Made by a program: the position numbers and the translations under genes. Positions 11,392 through 23,269 of a stretch of DNA of 41,171 nt are shown here, piece after piece. This stretch comes from Octopus bimaculoides (taxonomy: Eukaryota). Under the pieces are notes generated by a model. It saw only the letters and a list, made by a program, of their open reading frames with translations. It was not told where the DNA came from and made no database searches. The stretch is from assembly GCF_001194135.2 (NCBI RefSeq), contig NC_068991.1, forward strand, positions 22,074,663 to 22,115,833, written 5' to 3'. Numbering within the stretch: the stretch's first letter is position 1; each line of letters starts with the position of its first letter.

Positions 11392-11594
11392 CGAGCGTGG
11401 CCGTTTTCGTGCGGGTGACACGTAAAAGCACCCACTACACTCTCTGAGTGGTTGGCGTTAGGAAGGGCATCCAGCTGTAGAAACTCTGCCAAATTAGATC
11501 GGAGCCTGGTGTTGCCATCCGGTTTCACCAGTCCTCAGTCAAATCGTCCAACCCATGCTAGCATGGAAAGCGGACGTTAAACGATGATGATGAT
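11392..11594 (+). mobile_element. RTE-LINE-type 3' end with (GAT)n tail
   Basis: Highly similar to 28544-28791 and 36200-36413; left part lost in the N gap. Confidence 0.85.
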
Positions 11595-11737
11595 ATATAT
11601 ATATATATATATATATATATGGGCAACACACATACACGTTTGTATGTACACCTATTGCATACATGTTTTTTGTATGCATACATGTTCGTGTTTGTGTGTG
11701 TGTGTTGCCCGTATATCAACAAAACACTTTTTTCCTC

Positions 11738-13208
11738 GATGTTGGACCAGCATCCAATGACACTGTCCAATGGCATTGTCATCCCACTCCAGGAGCCAAA
11801 CCACAAACCCACCGATTTGTCAGCATTGATTTTAACCCCTGCAACCGACTGATATTCTTTTAGAATGGTGCTGACTGTCTCCACTTCAGAGGTGTCTGAC
11901 ACCATGATGGTGATATTGTCCTCGTATGCCAACACTGCCCTTCCTAGTCCCAGTTCAAAAGGGATGCTCTTTAGCTGTTACAGTTTCTGCAACAGTGGCT
12001 CAAATGCCAATATGTACAGAAGAGGCAACAAGGGGCAGCCATGATGGACTGAGTGTGTGGTGTGAAACAGCTCCGATAGGTGATCATTTACTTTGCATTA
12101 CAGCAATCCAGCCTCTAAAAATGGGTCCAAAACTGCCTGCTTTCAAGACGGCTTCCAAGTACTGATGGTCAATCCTATCGAATGCTTCTGATTGATCCAA
12201 ATTGATCAAAGCAACCCCAAAGCCAGCTTTGGTCCCAGCCCTTTCTATGATGTATCGCACAAGGTGGAGGTTGTCATGGATAGACCTGCTCGGGATTGCG
12301 TACATTTACACTTCTCTGACCAGGCTACTGCCAACAAGCGCCAGCCTTTTCACTAACACATTGGTCAAAATCTTAAACTCTGTGTTTAGCAGAGTAATAG
12401 ACCGCAAATTCCCTAGTATGTCCCCATTGTTGGCATCCTTCCTCAGCAGGGTCACCTCACCTCTGCTAACAGCACTAGTAATTCTCCTGTTCTGTTGCCA
12501 GTTGCAGTAGATGTCTCCCAAGAGGTTGCCAAACAAATCTGGCATGAATACATAGAATTCATAGGACAGACCACCCAAACTGGGCGATCTGCAACTTGTG
12601 CAATCACTCATCGCCTCCTGAATTTTAACAGCTGTTATCGGCTTTTCACATAACCTTGCATCAGCTGCCAAGAGCCTCAGCAAGCCATCCTGGTATGAAC
12701 TAAAGTCCAGTACTGTTGTTGACCCATTGCCCACTCCAAACAGCTGCATGAAGTGCTGCTGAAAAGCCATGCACTTTTGCTCAGAGCCACGTAGAATGTA
12801 CCCATCCCCATCTGTCAAAGGCCTAACTGTGGCTTTGTTTCCATGTCACATCTCCACTGTTTGGACTCATTGGATAGCTTTAGTTCTGTCCTGTTTGAGC
12901 ACACAGGTCTTAGCTCTGACAATGCAACCTTCATGTTTTGCTTTGAAGAAATGGCCAAGGGCCATTCTCATCACTAACCCATCAGTCGCAATGCCCTTTC
13001 TAATTGCCTCTTCTAATTTGCTAACTAGTTTACCCTGTAATCTATTCCATTCTATTGCTAACTCTTTGCTAAACACTATCAATTCTGCTTTAATCACCTT
13101 CAGGGCAGCCCACCAGTGGTTGTTGATGATTGTCCCCATCAACTGCCACCTATCTAGTTCACTAATTTGGTCCTGAAAGAAGTCCACAACCACTGAGCCA
13201 TGGACCAG
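11738..13208 (-). pseudogene. Tx1/L1-group LINE ORF2 fragment (linker plus reverse transcriptase), degraded
   Basis: Consecutive minus-strand ORFs: HWWAALK; SPSLGGLSYEFY; LRSITLLNTEFKIL; QYAIPSRSIHDNL; LDQSEAFDRIDH; AYEDNITI (YADD decayed); KINADKS. Confidence 0.9.
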
Positions 13209-13334
13209 TACAGGATTGTGAATCACTTGGTACTGGCCAGCAAAGAAAGAATAAATTTTATGAAATTTCATTTCTATTTTAATGACTATCACAGTCTACT
13301 GGGGGTTTTTCAATTATATATATATATGAGAATT

Positions 13335-13820
13335 ATGGTTTCAAATTTTGGCACAAGGTCAGCAATTTTTTGTTTGGTGTGGGGAGTGAGGATAAGTCAA
13401 TTACATCGAACCCAGTTCTTAACTGGTATTTATTTTATTGACCCCAAAATGATGAAAGGCAAAGTCAACCTCGGTGGAATTTGAACTCAGAATGTAAAGG
13501 CAGCTGAAATGCTACTAAGCATTTTGCCTGGCATGCTCATGATTCTGCCAGCTCACCACCATGATGATGGTGATGATAACAACAACAATAACAAAAACAC
13601 TAATAACAATAATGATGATTCTTTTTCCTATAGGCACAAGGAGTGGAGTATATTAATTATATCAACCTCACTATTTGATTAGAACTTTATTTTATCAACC
13701 CTGAAAGGATGAAAAGAAAAGTTGACCTCAACAACATTTGAACTTAGTGTTTAAATAGCCAAAAGAAATAATGCAAAGCACTTTTCCAATGGTCTAACAA
13801 TTCTGCCAGCTCACCATCTT
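13335..13820 (-). mobile_element. Two adjacent family A SINE copies
   Basis: Two reverse-complement copies (13335-13560 and 13620-13820) of the 5463 element. Confidence 0.8.
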
Positions 13821-13829
13821 AATAATAAT

Positions 13830-14356
13830 GTCTTGTTGCAAATAGATGAAATTAACTGGGGACAAGGACCTAAGACATTGAAGACAATACAAGAATGAAA
13901 TACAAACACAGAAAAGTGGGATTTATACCGAGTTAAAAGGAGTTAACAAAATATAGTATGAGTATGGTATGTAACAATAAATAACATGCAAAAAACAACC
14001 AGAAAAATTCAGACTCCCCAATAGGGGAACAGTTCTAGGGGAGAAACCTGAAGGCTCTTGAGAGAAACCTGAAACAAAGGCTCAAATTCCCTACCATATC
14101 CAAGGCATAAAAAACACTCCCACCTAGTGTTTTTATTCCTACTTACAAAAATGTAAACAGGATAGGCCCATTCAACTTTGCTGCTTTCACTTATGTTCTG
14201 TTAAACACACTAAAAACCAGCACCTCCTCTACTTTCATTTTCCTCTTCAACAAGAAGTTGGTAGGAGCTTGGTCAGAGAGGAATAGGTCTTCAAACCTTT
14301 CAGACAAGTCCACAACCACTGAGCCATGGACCAGACTATCACAGTCTCCTGGGGGG
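13830..14356 (-). mobile_element. Tx1/L1-group LINE 3' end (ORF2 C-terminus plus 3' UTR)
   Basis: Minus strand reads WTCLKGLKT and LKRKMKVEEVL, resembling Tx1 C-termini; shares a 29-bp exact block with 13180-13208. Confidence 0.6.
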
Positions 14357-14384
14357 AGGGGTCATTTATATATATCTTAATATA

Positions 14385-14640
14385 TAAAGCTGAAGTTGTT
14401 TGTCTGTGTGTAGCCTTTTTAAAAGTTTATAGAAATCCACATTTTCCACTTTTTCGTGAAAATTTTTACATCAATGGAATTTTCTCGATGTGAACTTTCC
14501 AGTGCAGTAATTAGATTTTTAAAATTCCATTTACTTTGTGTGATTTAAGGGAGATTTGGCTTTTGTTTCTAGCAACTTTTATATTTCTTCCATTCTATCT
14601 ATACCGGCGTTCTTACACATCGATCACGAGCTCAACATAT
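14385..14640 (+). mobile_element. Helitron-like 5' end fragment
   Basis: a|tcttaatatataaagctgaagttgtttgtctgtgtgt resembles TC-starting non-autonomous Helitron 5' ends; related end on the minus strand near 17520. Confidence 0.45.
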
Positions 14641-14829
14641 AATATAGAGAGTAAGAGTAAAAGAGGGAGAGAGAGCAAGTGATACATACAAAGTCACAGA
14701 TTAACTTGATTTAAGATTATTCTTCCCTTTCTATTCTTTCCTTCTACTTTTTCACTCTTACTTCGTTCTTCTTCCTCTCACCCATTTAATAGCTTTCTTC
14801 TATCCCTCTACCTCTAACTATCCACATGA

Positions 14830-14982
14830 CCTGCAGGGTTCGCCACCATCTCCTGCCGGAGCCTTGTGGAGCTTTAGGTGTTTTTGCTCAATAAACATTC
14901 ACAACGCCCGGTCTGGGAATCGAAACCGCGATCCAATGACCGCTAGTCTGCTGCCCTAACCACTGGGCCATTGCGCCTCCAC
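14830..14982 (-). mobile_element. tRNA-derived SINE head, well preserved
   Basis: Minus strand gtggaggcgcaaTGGCCCAGTGGttagg (A box) and GGTTTCGATTCC (B box). Confidence 0.85.
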
Positions 14983-15009
14983 ATATACAAACATAAAAGT
15001 AACAATAAT

Positions 15010-15460
15010 TGATAGTAATATAGGAACAGGAACAGCAATTTTTAGGGGAGGGGGTGTTAGTCAATTAAAATGAACCCTGTTCTTGACTAGTACCTATTTT
15101 GTTGCCCTCATAAGGATAAAATGTAAAGTTGGCCACTGCAAGATTGGAAATCGAAAGGTAGAGATCCAGAAAGAACACTGCAAAACTTTTTTTTCTTTTG
15201 ATACTCTAACAATTCTGTCAATCTGCTTTCCTGATAATAAGAGCTTCAAATTTTGGCACAAGGCCAGCAATTTCGGAAGAAGGGATTAGTCGATTATATC
15301 AACCTCAATGCTCAACTGGTACTTATTTTACCAATCCCAAAAGGATGAAAAGCAAAGTTGACCTCAATGAGATTTGAACTGAAAACATAAAGACGGATAA
15401 AATGCCACTAAGCAATTTTGCCTGGTGTGCTAATGATTCTACCATCTTGCCACCTTAATC
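15010..15460 (-). mobile_element. Family A SINE copies (15010-15130 partial; 15245-15460)
   Basis: Reverse-complement similarity to 5463-5683. Confidence 0.75.
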
Positions 15461-15829
15461 TTACCTTGTAATAATAAGATCCATTTTTGCTACTCAGGCA
15501 ACATAAATAAAATAATTGTTTAAAAGTATTCTTATATAATCAAATTACAAAAGACAATTATATGCACATCTATTCATTCCTTCATTTTACATATGTTTTA
15601 TCTTGAGATGGATGAAGATTTATTGAAGTAATAATTTATGGTTGGTTCATTCCCACTGTGTGGCACACAAGGAAAGTATCTTCTAGTTATAGCCCTGAGA
15701 TGACCAAAGTCTTGTGAATGGATTTAGTAGATGGAAACTGAAAGACACTCATCATACATTTGTTCTTCTTTAATCCCTAGCTGGCAACTTGAGTGGGATG
15801 CTATCCTCTCAACCAATACACTGTTGTGG

Positions 15830-16190
15830 GTGCTGATGATATTCCATGCTTTCTGATCCATGGCATGGGCCATAGCATGCTTGAGGTTGAGGTGCTGCAA
15901 CTTCACGTCTTCTTCAGCTTGTTTCGCCCATGTCTCCTTTGGTGCACTGCACTGGATTCTCCTGTGCATGGGTCATGCTGCAACAAACGTTGTTGTAGCA
16001 GTCTTCCATGCTCATCCTGCAGACATGGCCAAACCACTGTAGCATGTGCTGCTGGACTTGGTCTTCAATGGTCTGCTGCTGCTGGCATTGTTTTCAGATG
16101 TCAGTTTTATGAGATGCAGCAAGTCAATATGGACATGTACATTTTTCTCCATCCTACCTATTTCTGTACTTCAAAAATTATTGTGTAGCC
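15830..16190 (-). mobile_element. Old RTE-like LINE C-terminal fragment
   Basis: Minus-strand translation LQWFGHVCRM and PKETW resembles the RTE R-W-x-GH-x-x-RM...GRP-x-x-TW tail. Confidence 0.6.
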
Positions 16191-16899
16191 TCATATAACT
16201 TTGATCAAGCAGACCTGAGATCAAGAAGCAATGATTCCAGTCACAACCATCCTATCTTCCTCTTCAATATAGTGTTGCTGTAGTAGATGGTGGTTAATAT
16301 ATAGGCTTGGCAACTTGAAATATTTGAGATGACAAAACCTTATGGTACACCTTTAAGGAAATTTCAGATTCTAAATGCCTTGTTCTCGTATTTTATACAG
16401 GCTTGGCAACCTAAGAGATAATTTGCTAGGCAGCCTTTGTTTTTTAAGAAAATAAGAAATATTCTGTTTATGATTATATAGCAGGAAATGAAGTCAAGTG
16501 TTTTGCTGATGTCAATTGTTGTTATGTTGCATAAGTGCAAAACCTGTTGTTGAAGCCATTGTGTATTTTTTTGTGAAAGGTTATGAATTGTATGATAGTC
16601 AAGTGTTGTTTGTGAAATGGGAAGAGAACAATCTGTCAAGAGGCAACAAAAAGGTCAGTGGCAGGAAGAGGATGTGTGTTCAAATCTCAATGAGGTTAAC
16701 TCTGCCCTTCAACCTTATGAGGGGAGGGGTGATACAATAAAATATGAGTATTGAGGTCAGTGTAATCAACTAACACCCTCCCAATAAAATTATTGGCCTT
16801 GCACCAAAATTTGAATTCATTGTTATTATTAATTAATTAATTATTTAATTTGTCAATGTCATTTAACCTTAAAACCATGATTTTTACAATAATTTTTCT

Positions 16900-17175
16900 G
16901 TGTGACACTTTGGGCAAGTGTCTTCTACTATAGCCTTAGGCCAACCAAAGCCTTATGTGTATTTGGTAGATGGAAACTGAAAGAAGCCTGACATGTATGT
17001 GTGGGTGTGTGTGTATTTGTCTCCCATCACCACCTGACAATTGATGTTGGTATGTTTACATACCTGTAACTTAAAAGTTCAGCAAAAGCGACTGATAGAA
17101 TAAGTAACAAGCTTTAAAAAAAAAGTATTGGGATCAATTTACTTGACCTAATTCTCCAAGGTGGTGCCCCAGCAT
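16900..17175. mobile_element. SINE fragments (family B 5' part on +, SINE body on -)
   Basis: ttgggcaagtgtcttctactatagcc...gaaactgaaagaagcc on plus; body matches 33115-33305. Confidence 0.7.
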
Positions 17176-17185
17176 ATATACAAAC

Positions 17186-17238
<53 letters not shown>

Positions 17239-17349
17239 GTGAAACTAATAAAAATGAAATTATTAAAAGTGACACCATATAAAAGTGAAACTATTATATC
17301 ACATTACAATAGAGATGTTATTGCTTCACTTTTGACATGTAATACCGAA

Positions 17350-17520
17350 ACAGTCTAAGAGATTGCTCCAGGCTCACATTAGCTAAGAAGTTGAAAATTT
17401 TTTTGGCCCATGACACTGCATGGACCCTAAGTAATGCATGTGCAAAACTTGAATGAAATCGGTTGGGTAATTCTCAAATTTTAGTGATGCACACATACAG
17501 ACAGACATTCTCAGTTTTAT
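17350..17520 (-). mobile_element. Helitron-like 5' end fragment
   Basis: Minus strand (at)n-aaaactgagaatgtctgtctgtatgtg; internal resemblance to 10600-10680 (catgaagtttgaacaaaat / gcaaaacttgaatgaaat). Confidence 0.45.
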
Positions 17521-17671
17521 ATATATATATATATATATATATAATTATAAAATCTGGTAATTAGTCATATATTAATTAATATCGAATAATTATCAGGAGG
17601 ACAGCACATCTAAAGAATCAAAGAGATTCAGAAATATTATCTGCAATCTCGGGGGATTAAGGTACATTTTA

Positions 17672-17809
17672 AAAAATAACGTCGACCACTAACGTGGACA
17701 GTTAATGCGCTAGAAATAGATCACATCTTGTGTCTATTAAGACCTAAAATGTTCTCAACATGAAATATAGCAGCATTAACTGTCCACGTTAGTGGTCGAC
17801 GTTATTTTT
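17672..17809. repeat. Perfect 37-bp inverted repeat with 64-bp spacer
   Basis: 17672-17708 is the exact reverse complement of 17773-17809. Confidence 0.95.
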
Positions 17810-17954
17810 AAATATATATATATATATATAGATAGATTATCAACTTCAGAAAGATGAAATGTATGGTTGACTTCAGCATGATTCAAACACAAAAGGTTAA
17901 TTAATTAATAAACAAACTTTAACCAGTGTTTTTGTTTTCTTTTGCAGGACTTGC

Positions 17955-18087
17955 CTAAAGTACACCAATACCTGCTTCAACAGTTTCATACAAAGAATCA
18001 GACAAACAAGAAATATTGCTAAATCATTTCTTCAAACAAAGGATATAACTGTGACTGCGTTGTTTCTTTGTGAATGTCACAGTGCAG
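17955..18087 (-). other. Candidate 5' UTR exon of RNase T2
   Basis: Acceptor ttctattgatctcattcag; donors CAG|gtattg (exon end 17972) or AG|gcaagt (GC-AG consensus, exon end 17955); unique non-repeat sequence. Confidence 0.3.
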
Positions 18088-18328
18088 CTGAATGAGATCA
18101 ATAGAAATATCAATATTTTCTTAGTATCTGCAACTCTTTCCGAGAAAAATCACTACATCATTAACTGAATCTTAATTTATTAATTTATTGCATCAACAGA
18201 AACTTGCCTTTCTATATAACTTTAAAAGTACCATTATCGTCCTACAAATTAATGGCTGTTCTTTCTCCGACCCAATAAGCCCTAATCAATCAGATATATG
18301 ACCAAAGGCGTACCATATGCAACTATTC

Positions 18329-18363
<35 letters not shown>

Positions 18364-18699
18364 ATATATAACAATATGCAGTTTGTTTCACAATGCAATC
18401 GTGGTGGTGGTGGTGGTAGTGGCAGGATACTAAAATGACAGAATGGGATTGAGTGACAGTCAGTGATGCCAAATATTTTGTTCTGAATAACCTGGTATTT
18501 TAATCGAGATGAAACTGCAAATTTTTTATGCCACTTAGATTACATTTATTGATTTCACACACCTACATACATATGTATGTATGTGTGCGTATTTTTATTT
18601 ATTTTTTTTCAACTGGATTGCTTGTTTATTCTTTGTGTATGTATGTACATATGTATATGTTTATCTGTGTGTATGTATGAACCTGTTTATGTATGTATA

Positions 18700-20180
18700 T
18701 TTGAGTACATATTGTGTACGTGTGTGTGTATTAGTAACTGGGCAAAATGAGTAACTTCTTAATTTCTTGTTATTTTCTCCCAACCTGTTTGAAATCATTA
18801 CATTGCAAGTATTGCATCATTGTTTTGCATTGCTGCATCATCTTCAAGAATAGAAATCGGTAAGTAAAGTTGAGAGAGTTCAAAACAGAGGTAATAAGTA
18901 ATTTTAGTTCAAGAAATTTTTCTCAACTTTGACCCAGTTTTAATCGAGGTTGCAGTTAAATATCTGGATAATTTTTGGTGTTCAACAATCAATTTCATTT
19001 TTTTTTTCCCGTTGGATTCCATCTTAATCTGGGACTAAACAACAATAAGACCGAGTGAAGAGAGAGTTTTCACGCTATCTCAATCAAGTTGAAGATGTGT
19101 TAGCGATTACTCCGTTTGATTTTGTTTATGTATTAGGCCTCTACTCTTATGTGTCTTTTTAATGATCTACCCCGGCCGTTTTTAATAACTTAGCGAAGAC
19201 TCAATTGAAGACAACTTGCTTTCATTTACATATAATACTGGCTACCAGATCTTGTTTCCTCTAAATTTTAGTAGTTGGAGTACGCAAAAATCTGATGTAG
19301 TGTATTGTTTTCATGTAACTAAAGTGCATACTATATTTATGATTATTGCATTATTTTAGGCGGCTAATCTTTGTGCACACGTTAATTTGTGCTCACGTTA
19401 ATTTCTTTCGTGTTATGGTAACAAAATGTGTGCACGCGAACGGTTTCGAGGAAACAGGTCGCTACTCAAAGTAACTTTAACGTTAAATGTAAAATGCGAA
19501 ACTAAACACCTTCAGGCTGTCTTTTTACAGTTTTATGTCGGAGTGCCCCTCTTCTGTTGCATGATGCTTATTATTGTTAGGCAGTTATCATAAAGTATTT
19601 TCAAAAGTAGTTGGAAGCAAAAGAAAACGAAGCAAACTTGTATACTTACTTTAGGTACGAGTAAAGCTAGTCACTGAGCAGTTGTATCGAAATCAAAAAC
19701 TTTCGTCTCTGCTTTCTTTGATATGTATATATATATATGTGTGTGTGTGTGTGTATCTGTGTGTTATCAGTGTAAACAAATCAGTTGGCCACTTATCAGA
19801 TATGTCTTCCACTGTACGTGCATAAATTTACACGGAAAATATTTAACTGATTTTAAGACAATTCTGATGTAAGTAAATTTACTGTTACTATTAACGAAAC
19901 TGATAACGAAATTTACGACGGAAAAATTTATTAAAGAGCTTATCACTATTTTTTCCCAATCTCTCTCTTTCCCCCCTCTCTCTCTCTCTTTGTGCATGTA
20001 TGTCTGTGCGTCTCTGTATACACATGATCAGCTCGCAGGCATCATACACAGTGTGTGTGTGGGTGGGTGTGTTGTTTAGCCAATTCGCAATATTCAAAGA
20101 CATTCCAACTTTCTCAAAGAAAGATTGTGGGTGTAAACATAGCACTTTCGTGCTATCTATTTCTAGAAGGTTGAACATCC
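18700..20180. promoter_or_regulatory. Candidate CpG-retaining, probably bidirectional promoter / first-exon region
   Basis: About 16 CpG counted by eye in 19321-19720 versus very few in comparable intronic stretches; gtaagt donors on + at 18860 and 19869 and on - at 19649; largely free of old TE debris. Confidence 0.5.
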
Positions 20181-20360
20181 CAATAGGGATGTTGATTCGA
20201 ACCCGAAGCTTCTAGGTTACAGAGTGAACTTCTTTTCTACTCTCGGCACGAAACCCGAATTTTGGGCAAGTGGGGCAGTCGATTACATCGACCCCAGTAC
20301 GCAACTGGTACTTAATTTAGCGCCCCGAAAGGATGAAAGACGAAGTCAACTTTGACAGCA
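20180..20360 (-). mobile_element. SINE fragments (tRNA head with GGTTCGAATC B box, plus a family A piece)
   Basis: gattcgaacc at about 20195-20204 is the reverse complement of a B box; family A core follows. Confidence 0.65.
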
Positions 20361-20934
20361 CTCAAAACACTCGCAAATATATCTGAAAAAAAAATTGTCA
20401 CTCTGGTTATTATAACAAATTCGGAAACTTGGGGAAATAGAAAGCCTTTGCGGCTCTTTCGATATAATTACAGAAATGTTATTCCAGTCCTTTTAATCAG
20501 TTTGAAGATAATGCTTTTTCAACAGTCCTAGCGTCCTTATCATATTATTGCTATGCTGCTTTATCAGCCTATAACCTTCCACAATTAAGATATATAGTAA
20601 AAAGCATGGGATTCCCTGTTCTCTGACTAAGCCTGGAAGAGTGCTGATGATCCAAAAGCAGCCCAAGGGATAGATCCCTTGTCCCCCTCTCCTGGCCCTC
20701 AAATAGCTTGTCTAGGGGAGATAACCCCTCCTCACTAACACCAGACTATTCTTCGATGACCAATGACCATAACAAATGTCTACCTCCAAGAGGTGAAGAG
20801 TTAAATTTGTCTTTGGACTAGAGTCTAATGAGTCATCCACGAGGCTACAGCCTTTGTGGATGTGAAACCATTGCTCACTCTATGACCAGACATTAACTTT
20901 ATGACCAGATATTAACATTATATAAATGACAGGC

Positions 20935-21090
20935 TTCTTTCAGTTTCCATCGACTGAATTCATTTACAAGGCTTTGGACAGCCCTGATGCTATAATAGAA
21001 GACACTTGCCCAAGATATCTCACACAGGGGGATTGAACCTAAGACAGCATAGTTAGTAAGCAAGTTCCTTAATCACACAGCCATACTTGT
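20935..21090 (-). mobile_element. Family B SINE
   Basis: Reverse complement of the 30682-30835 type. Confidence 0.75.
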
Positions 21091-21319
21091 GCTTATTAAA
21101 TATTAATTAGAATTGGTTTATTCACTGACAAATGAAACTGAAGTGCATCAACTCCTAGAACAAATTTTTACAGTCAATAATTCGGCAATGAAAATAACAA
21201 TAGAATATGCTAAAAATGATATTTTCTTTATTAAAATATGCCAAAAATAATAGTAAAATATGCAGTTTGAATTTATGAAACAATGAAAGAAGTCATTCTT
21301 ATTCAATCTTAAAGTCTGC

Positions 21320-21359
<40 letters not shown>

Positions 21360-21369
21360 NNNNNNNNNN

Positions 21370-21412
<43 letters not shown>

Positions 21413-21697
21413 CACAGCAAAAAAAAAGGAAATGTTCACAGAAGAAAAGTTGTGTTCCCAAATATGGTCACATGTGTGTGTGTGTGTGTGTTCACTGCCA
21501 AAAAATGTAAATGCTCCCAGAAGGAAAGTTGTATGTTCCCAAATGTGCTCACATGTGTGTGTGTGTGTGAAGGAAATGAATCTTGTTTGGTTGCCAAAAA
21601 TCCAGGATTCTTTTATGGCTACTTTAGCTTAGTTGAAACAGAATAAAAAAAGTGGTGCTCTTCAAATGGTTTTGCCAAATTGTTCATGCTGCATATT

Positions 21698-21872
21698 CTA
21701 ACCATTTAGCATTCAGATTACTCTGTCAAATGTAATGCTTATTTACTGGCATTGTTTTAAATTAATTGTACATCATAGGGTAGGTGTGAGGGGCCAACTC
21801 TGGCTGGTTTGAATATAAAATAGCTTGACTATTCTGGCCTGATATAGTTAGTTAAAATACTAACTGATTAAT
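21698..21872. mobile_element. Degenerate MITE, piggyBac-like termini
   Basis: ctaaccatttagcatt ... aatactaactgattaa form decayed TIRs with a TTAA-like end. Confidence 0.35.
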
Positions 21873-21899
21873 CATTCTAGCCTCGTAGCCTTTTTATCA

Positions 21900-22140
21900 T
21901 TCATCTTTTATCTGTTATTTGTTTGTCATTAGAGTGTAGCCATGCTGGGACACCACCTTGGATTTTTAGTTAAATGAATCAACCCCAGTACTTATTTTTT
22001 GAAGTCTCGTATTTATTCTATTGGACTCTTTTGCTGAACTGCTAAGTTACAGGGATGCAAACTCACCAACACTGGTTGACAAGTACTGGTGGGGGTAGTA
22101 AACACAGACACAAAGACACACACACATAGATATATACATA
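21900..22140 (+). mobile_element. SINE body and 3' region with (CA)n tail
   Basis: Reverse-complement similarity to 33115-33305 and 16990-17175. Confidence 0.7.
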
Positions 22141-22142
22141 TA

Positions 22143-22985
22143 CAGTACCATGCAAAAGTCTTCGGCCACTTTAAACAATTGTAAATTTCTGCTAACTGTC
22201 AACTTATAAGTGGATGTTTCGCATTGCGTTTTTTACAGGTGAAACAGTTGGAGGCATTTCCAAACCTAATCATTATATTTTGTAGTAGAGATCCTGAATG
22301 AGAGGGGAAGATGCGAGATGACCACCAAAAATGGCTGTACAAAAGTTTTCAGCCACCTCATATAAACCAATCAAGATAGAGTGTTTTAAAACAGGAAAAT
22401 GTCTATAATGAAAATTTATTACATAATGTTCATTTCAAGAAGTTACTGTACATTGTTAATATTTCATGTGGCTTCCATCAGCTTGAATAATTGCTTCAAT
22501 GCACTTGGGAAGAGATGTGTACAAATCCTTCACCATCTTCACAGGTATGAGATGCCATTCTCTGTGCTGAACTCCCACAACTCTTCAAGATCGCATGGAT
22601 TCTTCTGACGAACTCGTCTCTTTAGTTCTGTTCACATTTGCTCAATGATATTTCAATCAGAGCTCTGAGCTGGCCAATCTTTCAATACAGTAATACCTTC
22701 ATCAGCCAGGCTCTATTGTATTGCATACGATCTGTGACATGGAGCTCTGTCATAATGAAAAATCTCACCTTCATCCAAGTCTGGTATCAAATTGTCCTTC
22801 AGCAAATGGATGCATTTGGCACTGTTCAAGTTACCATCAATTTTAACCAACTTTCTTGAATCATCACTTTTTATGTATCCCCAAAGCATCAAACTCTTAC
22901 CCCCAAACTTCACCGTTTTTGTTGTGTAACGTGGATCGTTTTGCTTTCCTGAAGGCCTTCTGACAAATTTTTGCTCACTATGCCA
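22143..22985 (-). mobile_element. Tc1-family (DD34E-like) transposon remnant, one TIR
   Basis: TA plus cagtaccatgcaaaagt TIR at 22143; transposase KTVKFGGKSLMLWG, IDGNLNSAK, FHYDRAPCH and WPAQSSD. Confidence 0.9.
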
Positions 22986-23124
22986 CACTATGGCAACACC
23001 ATAGATATGTTTCCATTATTCTGTGTAACATCCTTTCTTTTTTATTTCAGGTTCTTCAGTTTTTGGGTGTATCATGCTAATAGCATTTGAATGACAATAG
23101 CCCATCTAGACATTTTTCTTTCAG

Positions 23125-23133
23125 AAAATGAAG
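23125..23133 (+). other. Candidate 9-nt micro-exon carrying AAA-ATG-AAG (or 3' end of an 83-nt UTR exon starting at 23051)
   Basis: catttttctttcag|AAAATGAAG|gttaat; a second strong acceptor at 23050; unique sequence between two Tc1 remnants; donor is weak. Confidence 0.3.
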
Positions 23134-23269
23134 GTTAATGATACATATTAAGCATACATTAAGTTTATATTTAACAGAAAAAGCATAATAATATTATAAT
23201 ATTTATTGACATATTGAATTATTTAGCCACATGAGTGCCATTTTGATGGATAACTTCAAAAACCCTATT

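Noticed and set aside
14910-14982. tRNA gene (also near 20180-20235 and 30400-30480)
   Set aside because: A and B boxes are present but there is no cloverleaf and the sequence continues into SINE bodies
17955-18030. Hydrophobic stretch LAIFLVCLILCMKLLKQ as the RNase T2 signal peptide
   Set aside because: In-frame upstream stop and no ATG before the hydrophobic core; a much better signal-peptide exon exists at 9649-9579
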